DNA of 64,000 nt from Magallana gigas (Eukaryota): assembly GCF_963853765.1 (NCBI RefSeq), contig NC_088858.1, positions 10,726,001 through 10,790,000 of the forward strand, read 5' to 3'. Both the position numbers and the translations under genes were made by a program. Shown here one piece after another: positions 1 to 10,722 of this stretch (position 1 is the stretch's first letter; the number at the start of each line of letters is the position of its first letter). The notes beneath the pieces are model-generated. The model had not been told where the DNA came from. It saw only the letters and a program-made list of their open reading frames with translations, and did no database searches.

Positions 1-3000
1 TTTCCTTTTCTTTCGTTAAAATGAACAATTTTTCCTCCAAGCCCCTGACCACCACTACAAATAAATGATTCATTAAGCTTCCATTTACATTTTTTCTGTC
101 AATATCTTGCAGAAAGCAAAATTAATGTATCAACATGTATTTGCATCTTTTCAAAATGAACTTTAATCATGTTGAGAATTCACATTTTAGTATAACATAG
201 AGTAGTGACTTTCTGCACCCTTACCTACAGGGTCTTGCTTCTTTGACTTTCTGCCTCCCTGCAAAATACCAGTAAAATGTAAAAAGATAATCTTGAAATC
301 ATTGTGCTACACTTTGAAGATGGTTTACCAATAAAATTGAACATACCCCACAAATAACACTAAAACATGTAGCAGCCATCAGTGTTGCTAAAGTAACCAT
401 GGTGACTAGAATTGTCATCTGAGGTGAGAGTCCAAGAGGTTCCTGTTCTAGCAAGGCTTGCAGTGAGGGAGGGAGCTGTCAAAACAAACCATGTCAAATC
501 AAACCTCTACAGCTATTTAATGTTAAGACTGCTAACCTTGTTCTCCACATTCAAAAACAACTGCTAGTTACTACATTCATCCTTTGCTTTTCTTTTCAGT
601 TTCTAACAAATTACATTTTGTGCAAAATATATAAGTGCAGGTACTTTTCATCCATTCCACTTGATCACAAAACTCACCTTTGAGATTACGCCCCTAAAGA
701 ACTGGTCTCCCTTCATCCATGATCTCTCAGCTTTGTAGGCCAGATCTTCCTTCTCTTCCAAATCTCCATCGTTGATCTTCCGTGACAAGAAATCCTCTTG
801 ATCATATGCACCAGTGGAGGCCTGCTCACCTTCTGGGGTTGATTCAGTTACACCTGCTTTCTCTCCTGTGGTTGGTTTTGAATCTTCCTTTTCGTCCTTT
901 GCTGCTACAAGTGGTTCCTCTGATGACTGACCTGTACTGGGCTGTGTAGTGGTCTCCTTTGATTCAGTGGGAGGTGGAGGAATTTCACCATCGTCGGAAC
1001 CTGACAAGGTTGTTGATTCAAGCGGAGATACTGTGACTGATTCAGATTTGGTTTCCCCAAATTTTGTTTCTGCTGTAGATTCTGTCTGAGTTGTCTCTGG
1101 AGAGGTCTGTGTGACTGTCTCTTTTCTTATTTCATCATCAACTTTTTCTTTTACCTCCAATTTTTCATTGAGGTTTTGAGATTGTGACGACTCTGTGTGA
1201 GGTTCATGGGACAGAGGCTTTCTTGACAAAAAATCGGCAGTGGCGTATGCATCCATGGTGGTGGGAAGTTCAAGTTTTAGGTTATCTGTTTCCACCACAG
1301 TCTGGGTAGCATTCTGATGTTCTCCAAGAATACCGGTATTCCTTGTGTCATCGATAATTGTTTTGGTTTCTACACTATAATCAATCTCCATGGAAGACAT
1401 GAGCTGTTCTGTGGGGGAGGTAGAAGGAACAGCTGATGCTGTCGTCTGCTCCTGGATTGGTTTCTCTGTCAATTCTTGGCTCAGCTGCTCCTGCTTTTTC
1501 TCTTTTTCTGTCTTTACTTCTTCACTTGGAATTTCCATTTCTTTCACATTTTCATCAGAAGATGGTACCTCAGAATTGCTTTCCTCGTCATCCAAAAACT
1601 TGAGCACTGACAGATTTGGTTTTTCAGCTTTTTCTTCACTTTCTTTTACATCAGTTTGCTTTTTATCTTCCTCTCTCTGTTCTGTTTGTTGACCGTTCTG
1701 TATATCTGATTCTTGTGATTTCTGTTGATTCTCATTTACTTTCTCCTCACTATTAGAAATATTTGTCAAGCTTTCCTTTTCTGGAGTGTCCACCTTTCCT
1801 TGGATTTGATCTTCAACCTTTGGATCTTCTTTAGTTTCTTTACTTTCCTCAGTCCTTTTAATTTCCTCTTTCTTGCTCTCTACACTTTTCTCCAAATCTG
1901 TATTGTCCAGTTGTTTTGTATCTTCAACTTGTTTTGACCCATCTTTTTTACTTCCACCAACCTCAGTCTCTACTTGAACTATGCTCTCCATACCGTCCTC
2001 CTTTTTAACTGCAGCTGATTTAGAATCTGTGTCAGTTTGTGTTGGTACAACATCTGCTGGGGATGATCCACTGCCAACCAACATGGACTCTGACAGAGTT
2101 TCAGTTAGTGAAGGCATAACAGAGCTTTGTTTTGGGATTTGTGACTGTAATGTAGACTCTGTTTCCTGCTTCTCAGTAGCTGGAGACTTGATTGTCTTAT
2201 CTGGCGAAACTGATGAAGAATCCACTTGAGACTGTGTTGAGGAGAATGTTCCTGGCTTTGTCTGCTCTACTACATTTTCTGTTTGTTCTACAACACTCTC
2301 TGTAGCAGTAGGATCCTCAAACATATCCAGAGGAAACGGTGTCCCATCAATGATAGTATAGCCAGCCATCTCTGTTTGCTGTGAGGCTTCTACCACTGTA
2401 GAAGATTCTGTCACTGAGGAGGGTACCTCTGTCAGTCCCGGGGTGTGTGAACTGCTGCTTGCCTTTACCTCTGATGAAGGAGTGGTGCTCATTTCCTCAG
2501 TAAAAGAGCTCTGTAGTGGTGTTTCTTCAACTTTTTCCTGTTTCACTGATGAAGGCTGGATCTCCTTCTTAGTTTGCTCCTGTTGACTTGGTGGAAGATC
2601 CTCCACATCACTTACAGGAATACCGCCTGGGTGTTTCCCAGCATCCCCTGGTGTTTCCTGTTTCTGTTCAGTGCCACTCTCCTCATTTTCAATCTCTGTT
2701 TCATCAGTGATTTCTGTGTCATCTTTCTCCAGTGATTTATCATCCTGTAGTGATTTTGAAGCATCTTCAGGAGTATCCTTCAATAGGTCTGACAGTCCGG
2801 GTAACTTGACATCTTCCTGTGACTTAGTATCTGGTGGGGCATCATCCGACTTTTCCTGATTTAATTCTGTTTTACCATCAACAGCTGGAGGAGGCTGACC
2901 GTCAGTTGTTTCTGGCTGCTGTTTAGCTGACCCTTCCTGTAGCATTTTGTTTAACTCTGGGGAAAAAAATAAATATCATCATATGGACAGAAAATTTAAA

Positions 3001-6000
3001 AGTAAAAGAATTTGGTACAAAATGCTTCATTGTATCATTTCACAAATATCCCCATTTAATAAATGAATTCCTCAAAAATAAAATGTAATGCATATTTTAT
3101 TTATTAAAACAACATTGTAAATGCACATTCAATAAATGCTCATTAAAAGCTGTTTCTTTGACTACATCCTACATGCATCTGTTTGTAAAGCATTTTACTA
3201 AAATCTAAGAATGGTTTTATATGGTAATCAATCTAATGATTAAATGCTATGCTACTGCTGTTTTAGCCAAGCTATAGGAACAAGCAAAAAATGTTCAAAC
3301 TAATTTTCATATTTATATTTCCTACATCTTTTTATTTTTATACAAAATCACAATGATATCCTGTACATTCTTAAAACTATCCAGTCATAGAGAACAGAAG
3401 TAATTAGTTGTTTGGAGATCAAACTGAAAATCTAATAAGGGCTGTATTCTTGCACATGTTATTTTTTAAGCAAGCATGTTAGCAAACACGTAAAAGTGAT
3501 ATAATTTCAGCCTGGAAATTAATCTTCTTAAAACTTAATAGAGGTCGCAACCATGCATGAAAACGCATTAGTGATATTAGTATGCGAGACAGTTAGTAGT
3601 TAATGAATTTGTTTTAGGTTCAATGTTTACCATTAACATCTAATTTGTCTTTATCATCAATATCATGGAGAGAGTAGAGAGACTCTCTCAGTTCATCCAG
3701 CAATTCCTTCACCCTATTCTCTTTATTAACATGAATTTGACTGCCTGAAAATGACAGATTCAAATGTCAAACCACCACCGTAATATGCATAAGATTCATT
3801 CAGCCTGGTTCAAATTTAAACATTGTCTTTCAAACTGCCTAAGCCTGACTAAGAAACATTTAACACTTACATGCAAACTAAACTTTGAGGTCAATGAATA
3901 TTTACGGTAATATCAATGATTGACATTTTATCAAAATTTTGAATCTTTGTCTAAAATCTGTGAACAGCAAAACATTGTGAAGTAAAATAACAGTTTCATG
4001 AGAGCTTAATACATCCTTTAAAACTAATTTTTTAAAAAATATAAATAAAAAACACTCACTTGAATCTTCAACAGTTTTCTTTTCAGTGCCTTCCTTTCCT
4101 TCCTTTGTCTCCCCTACTTCCGTGGGGTCTTTCTCATCACTGACAGCGGGCTCCTTGGACTCATCCTTTTCTTCAGCGACCACACCCTGTTTAATGTTAT
4201 CTGAACTCTGACTGTCAGTAACTTTTACATCCTCACTGTCTTTTCCCTCTGTTTGAGTGACCTTGACCTCTTCTACATTTTTGTCCTTTTCTTTTTCTTT
4301 TGAGGCACTTGAGGGTGGTGTGTCAGGTTTTTCTTGATCCTTCTTCAAATATAACATTAGGAATTTGGAAATAAACTATGCATAAAAGGTAAAATGAATT
4401 TGCAAATAATATTCTCTTTTTTCTTTATTCATTTACCTGTGTTGTTTTATCTGTAGCTTCTTTAACTATAAAATCAAAACATTAAAATTAGTGATTACAC
4501 ATTACTTTTTCAAAACATTTACCCTTAAATCAAGTTAAGCACTAATTAAAATATCATCCATCCAATATTTCCCATTTTCATTTGTAAACGATAACATTTA
4601 TGTATCTCTAATATTTGTATGATGCTATGAGATGTGAAGAGAATGAATCTAAAGAACAACTCAATCACTGACCTTCGTCTTCTTCCCACCAAACATCGTC
4701 ATCCTCATCCTCCACCTCGGTATCATCCTCATCCTCTGTATCATCCACCTCAGTCCCTTCCTCAGCCTTGTCTGGAACCTTAGCTGGTTTCTCCTCGATC
4801 ACCACATTCTTCCCCTCAGAAATCTATCATGATGGAATGTACAGTAATAAATGTACAGTTAAACAAATTCTACTTATATTTTTCTATAGAAGTGGATTGA
4901 AGTGAATGTCCAAAACCTGGATTTTCTGGTTTAGAGCATAACAATAACGTTTCTAACCTCTGTGGGCACAATAAACTGTGGCGAGGGGTTTTCGACTTTG
5001 TATTCTCTGACGAACGATCGTGGGAAATATCCTGTCTTTCCATTTAACTGTAATTCAAGATAAATTTAAACCTGATAAATATCATTTCTGATACAGACAA
5101 TAAACAACTCAATTAATAACACAATTAAGATGCATGCTTAAACTGCAATTACCCCTTGCAATGACTGAATGAAGGTAACCTAATAAACCAAAGCTTTATT
5201 CGGTCAATGCCCAAATGTAGCCTTATGCATTTATCTGACAAAAGATGTATGTATATTAACTTGGAAAATATCATAAATCATAAACAAATATCACATACTC
5301 TGCCACCCCATAGATCAGGCCTTTCTCCTGCTGATTTACTTGTTATTTCTAACATTTCATTTCTCTCAAAGTTCAGGAAAACTTGGTCATTCTGCACATG
5401 CTTTGCTAATGTACGTCCGTAAGATAATGTAGCTGAAAAGAGGAAAGATACATGTATTAGATTATTTAAACAAATATTTCATTCATTTTCAATACAGTTC
5501 TGTTTATTATCATTTTAACTGATTAAGCATACAGGAAGACAATAAAAAGAGCTAATGTTATTAAGCTCTACTATCTCTTAAAACCAAGAAATTCAAGTAA
5601 GATGAAAACAATTACTTGAATACTTCAAATTAGACCTCTTCGCTGAAAGTGCAAAACTGCTGTTTTTCAGGGGTGATACTAAAACAAGTCCCACGGAGAA
5701 AACAAGTCCCACGTAAGTCCCACATAAGTCCCACGGCAAATGCAGCTATATATCGATATAATTATGATTGATTATGATTAAATGTGATAAAATAATCATA
5801 ATTAACACAACAAAATATTTTTATAAGCTTTTATTACGGATTTACGACGAAAAATCAAAGATGTTGGTAAAGATAGATAACTCGTACGTAGAATTCATAC
5901 GGCAGCAGAAGAAATCTGTATACCCGCGCCGTTTATTGATGGATAATTCAAATTTTCTTTAACAAAATAAAATCTAATAGCAATAAAAAAAATGACTTTA

Positions 6001-6556
6001 TATTCATTAAATAACACAAACTAAGTAAAAGTTGGGTAAGTAGACAACTCCTACGCAGAATGCATTCGCCGCCGAGAAAAGAGCACACCTGCCGCTTACC
6101 TGATTGGCGATCTTATTGTTTTACTTTTATTTTCTAACTTACAAAATGATCATATTAATATTGATAAAAAAAATACCACATTTAATGATTAACACTCACT
6201 AAATAGTAAAAATAGAAAATGCATAGATAAAATTATTAATTTCTTTACGCAAATTTAGAAAAAAAAGCGCGAATGACTTAAAAATAAAGGGAAATCTCTA
6301 ACACAGAATTCTTACGACTGTGGATTTAAAATGTACGCCTGCCATTTATAGTTATGTCATTTTATTTGTAAATTATTTCAGATGGCTGTAAAGTTAACAT
6401 TTTGCCTTATGATCATGTTCAGAAGAGAAGTTTACTTATTGCTGTGATTAATTTATTGTATTCCATGAAGTTCGGTGATACGAGTTTTATATAGTCCGTA
6501 TATCACTCCTTTTAAGTTTGACCCAGTTCTGTTCTCTCTAAGAACTGTCATGTTGT

Positions 6557-6594
<38 letters not shown>

Positions 6595-8471
6595 TCCAAC
6601 ATGTGTAAATTTTTTATTTAAACCCACCCAGTAAATTCATGCGTACATACAGAGTATTTTTTGGGGGGAGGGGGGGGGGTATTCAGGTTTGTCGGGGGAG
6701 GGGGTCGAGGCATATTTTTGGTCACTTTACGATGAAAATTTACGAAATTTGATTTTTTTTCCGGGGGGGGGGGGGGGGGGGGGATTCCACCCTATCTTCC
6801 GAATCCAATCTAGATCAGCTCATGAAAAGTCTGTTAGTGGTAAATCTCTTCCTAAAAGTAAAAGAAAAAATCTTGCATCTACTCCAAAAAAAAAGAAAAA
6901 AGAATGATGACTGAAATAAATATTTGATGGAAGTTCATGAGTTATACTAACATATAGATGTATTGTTATTAAATTGTTATTGTCAGCAAGAACATGCATT
7001 CTAGTCTACGGCAGCTTACCGTTCACGAGACTGTTCCACGATCTTTGGGTCTTAAGACCAACTCTGTTTTAAATGTTTTTTCTACATAATGAATGAAAAA
7101 TCGTGTTTCAAAAATAGAAACCAGCAGAGATCGTCATATTTTTCGAAACCCTTATGATAAAAGAGAAGGCTTTGAAAACATGTATCAATATAAAGTTGTT
7201 TGCTTGTCAATTTTAAAGAAAGAATCAAGCTGTTTTCTCGAAATTTCCATTATATTCCCCCAATTTATTCGGAAACCTATGGAAATCTATACATATGTTA
7301 AAAGTAACTTTCTACTGAAATAAATGTTTTCGACTTCTTATTTTATCGAATTATTCATAATAACAGCTAGAATCACACAAGCGTATATGTATACAAGTAT
7401 GTACTTGTATATTTATAAACATGCATTTCTTTCTCTCTTTCTTTGTCTTCCCTCCTTCTTTCACTTCATCTCTTTCTCTGTCTTCTCCATCCATTCATCT
7501 CTCTCTCTTTCTTTCTTTCTCTCTTCATGAACGGAAAAACCATACAAACATCGAGAGAGAAAAATACTTGTATATATACATATATGTAGTTGAACCTGCG
7601 TTTAACTGTTCTAGTACATGTATATTTTCAATACAATTAAAGTACATGTATAAAGAAAACTATCAAGCAAACGGGATTGAATGTGAAGGAAAATAAATAA
7701 ATTGCTATAGGACATGCACAAAAAATATGTGCAAATATATAAATCATTTTCAAACTGATAGACATATTTTAATATTTTTGTAGCGAGTCGGTAAGAGTTC
7801 CACTGCAACATTCACATTCTAAATGTTCGAAAAGCAAAATGTCATTCCGACAATTTTAATGAATCACACTGAACAGAATGAATTGAAGGTCGAGAAATGT
7901 TTTACATTTGATAAAAACAGGGATCGATGTATATACGTCCCTGATAAAAAGAAAGTCAAGAATAATGCAAGAATAATGCATGGCTGCATTACCAAATATT
8001 ATTGATTTTTTAATGTATATACATTTATTTATTGACATGTGTATATGTTTTTCATACGACAAACAATTATCACTTCACTTTCCCTCAAACGGTTACACGC
8101 AGAGTTTTGTATAAAAAAAAAAAGAAAAAAAAAAGCGGGACCATTGTCACAATCTGAACACGAACACGTTGATTAATGTATTTTTTTTTATCTCTATAAA
8201 TCATTTACTAATTACAAAATAACTTGCTCATTATTTCCTTTACTACTTTACTATAATATTTGGGGCTAGTGGAAGGGGGAGGGGGGCTACATGTCCAAAG
8301 ATGATTGGTGATCGTTGGCTCTACCTATACACGTGTATATATACACGTGTTAGTTTCTTGTATATTCTGTGTGAATTGAACGGTTTTTTTATCGCTTAAG
8401 AAACAATAGACCTTTACCTACCTGTATATTGGGAGACGACCGTGAAGCACACCGTGTACACAACCCCCACC

Positions 8472-8532
<61 letters not shown>

Positions 8533-10413
8533 GTAGATCTACGAAACACAAAAAAGTTATGTTTCAAAATACTATGCAGTCCACTTTTATTATTCCCGTT
8601 GATAGAGCAAGGTCGCTACATGCAACAGAATTATCAGAGTTTCTGACACCCAATTAAAACTTATATGTAATCTTTATGTAATCTATATGAAATTGAAGAC
8701 GAATAACACTCAATCTTTATATATATCTCATGTACACTTACACTGAACACTTAATCAAAAAATATTATAAGCCAACAGTGTTTTAACTAGTCAAACTTAA
8801 GTATAATTTCTATAGTACATTCATAACCATAAACATTTAAACGTGTGTTACTATCTTCGAGAAGCTTATAAAATACAGAAAAACGAAATTGTTTTTGTAA
8901 AGGAAAGAATAATTCACTATTATTTACGAAACAGACCAGACATATATTAACCAAGAAGATTGCCATGTCATTGAGTTGAATCATTTTACAACGTTAAACA
9001 TTGAACCGGGTGCTTTTTTTTCCTCCATTGAAAATTAAAACCAAAATATACCCGGTTACATTCGTTACACTAATATCATGCAATGTAAAATTTTGCTACA
9101 GTCTTATGAATGACGTATGTAATATTTGTTTTTAGAAACGAAATCAGGACTTGAAGATTTACATATAGTTTGGTGAACTAGGCAGTGAAAGTCTTAGATC
9201 TAGAAATGAAAAAGAACAGGCTAACGTACTTATGTAAGCATTCCAGATTTTATAATTATTTGTTCTCCAAAATTCATAATTTTAGTAAATTTATATGGAG
9301 AAAGAATATACGTTTAAGGCAAAGTGCACGCACATTTTCGTATATACACAATCAGTTCTGTACAATGTTAGTAACTGTTTACATCTTGAAAAACTTGGAG
9401 AAGATGTAAGAATTTTTAAGTTAGAAAATATAAAACATTAAAATAAACCCATCAGGTAAGCGGCAAGAGTGCTCTTTTCTCGGCGGGCGAATGCATTCTG
9501 CGTATGAGTTGTATACTAACCTGATTTTTACTTAGTTTGTGTTAATTAATAAATATAAAGTCAACTTTTTACTGCTATTTAATTTTATTTCGTTGGAGAA
9601 AATTAAAATTATCCATCAATTAAACGGCGGGCAAATAGATTTCTTCTGCTACCGTATGAATTCTACGTACGAGTTATCTACCTTTACCAACATCTTTGAT
9701 TTTTCATCGATAAATCCGTAATAAAAGCTTATAATAATATTTTGTTGTGTGAATTATAATTATTCTTTCACATGTAATCATAATCACTCATAATTATATC
9801 GATATATAGCCGCATTTGCCGTGGGACGTACGTGGGACTTACGTGGGACTTGTTTTCCCCGTGGGACTTGTTTTAGTATCAGCGGTTTTTCAGGGCAAAT
9901 TGACATAGTTTGGTGAAATATGATGTAATGCCAATTGTTTATTCTACACCATTGAATTGTCTATTTGTGATTGGTCCTACAAGAGCATAGTATCGCACTT
10001 ATTATTATTCAGTATGGGGTTAAAGGAGACGGATTTTTTGAGTTAAAGACCATACTCCAAAATCATAATAACAGTAAAATGGTGATGTTTTACATTATTT
10101 TACAAAGCTTTAAAAGCCGGGTCGATCAAACACGTCCAAATCAATCTAAATTAATCTTTATATCCAACATTATGTCATCGATGTAATCGTTACAGAATAT
10201 AGAGCAATATAAAATAAAACAAAAGTTTCGAGGAAATTCGAGATAAGTTGGACCTCGATCTCTGGCAAATTTAATCAAATTTCACTTACTCTTGCATTCT
10301 TTGTCGCCGCATAGACGCAAATCTGATATTTTAGATGAAGAACATTCGTTTATAAAAGAACAGACGCATAATATCACGAAAAGTATGCCTGGGCTTTTCG
10401 GAGCGTCTGTCAT
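1..10413 (-). CDS. MIA3: TANGO1 / MIA3-like ER exit-site cargo receptor, 5' part (3' end lies outside the window)
   Basis: Exons on the minus strand with GT-AG junctions and consistent phase: 10413-10290 (signal peptide, then SDLRLCGDKECK), 5432-5299 and 5047-4958 (MIA-type SH3-like domain: FLNF..KSAGERPDLWGGRLNGKTGYFPRSFVREY), 4823-4673, 4465-4437, 4342-4060, a giant acidic exon 2956-678, 475-347 (hydrophobic segment LPPSLQALL..TILVTMVTLATLMAATCFSVIC), 258-225 and 54-<1 (start of coiled coil). This order matches TANGO1 architecture. Confidence 0.87.
6546..6638. mobile_element. Degraded copy of the short palindromic TGTCA-ended MITE, nested in the long-TIR element
   Basis: Near-identical to the left arm and part of the right arm of the 25889-26007 palindrome, with a central deletion and a truncated right end. 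Confidence 0.7.
8476..8527. repeat. (CT)n microsatellite
   Basis: Uninterrupted CT dinucleotide run. Confidence 0.95.
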
Positions 10414-10722
10414 CCCTTTGGGTTTCATGCTTTGTACACGTCAGCTGGCGCTGTAGTTTTTGTTTCCTGTTTGCACGAGGGACCGTTTCAAAATCTGATG
10501 TTAAACGGAGTTTCTGCTTGCAATATAACGATGGCACAAACATTAAAAAACAGTCTGAAAATTAAGTTAATTACATATTTTAAACTGTAAATATTAAAAT
10601 TATCATTTAGATATCCGAACAAGCTATGCACTTGCAATTTTGTTTGTATGGTTTTGATATTTTCAATAAAAAGGGAGGTCACTCGAAAAAATAATCAGAA
10701 ACATTTCCTGATTGATGGAAGG
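10414..10722. promoter_or_regulatory. Probable bidirectional promoter between TANGO1 and ARPIN
   Basis: Divergent start codons at 10413 (-) and 10723 (+), about 310 bp apart. Confidence 0.6.

Larger units (their letters stand above)
5673..9884. mobile_element. Non-autonomous long-TIR DNA transposon (Mutator/MULE-like) in TANGO1 intron 1
   Basis: About 470-bp imperfect terminal inverted repeats (5673-~6145 and ~9412-9884), each with four AAGTCCCAC-type subrepeats. Flanked by the direct repeat GTTTTTCAGGG (5662-5672 and 9885-9895), consistent with a 9-11 bp TSD. No transposase ORF inside. Confidence 0.8.

Noticed and set aside
1390-2859. Plus-strand Ser-rich ORFs (1390-1692, 1725-1937, 1981-2229, 2671-2859)
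   Set aside because: Antisense shadows of the low-complexity TANGO1 giant exon.
6660-6790. Poly-G tracts (also 55825-55920) as functional G-quadruplex elements
   Set aside because: They sit within common short oyster repeats, and homopolymer lengths are unreliable in assemblies.
8787-8984. 65-aa ORF inside the long-TIR element as a transposase or captured exon
   Set aside because: No recognisable DDE, zinc-finger or other domain motif. It is AT-rich and short.
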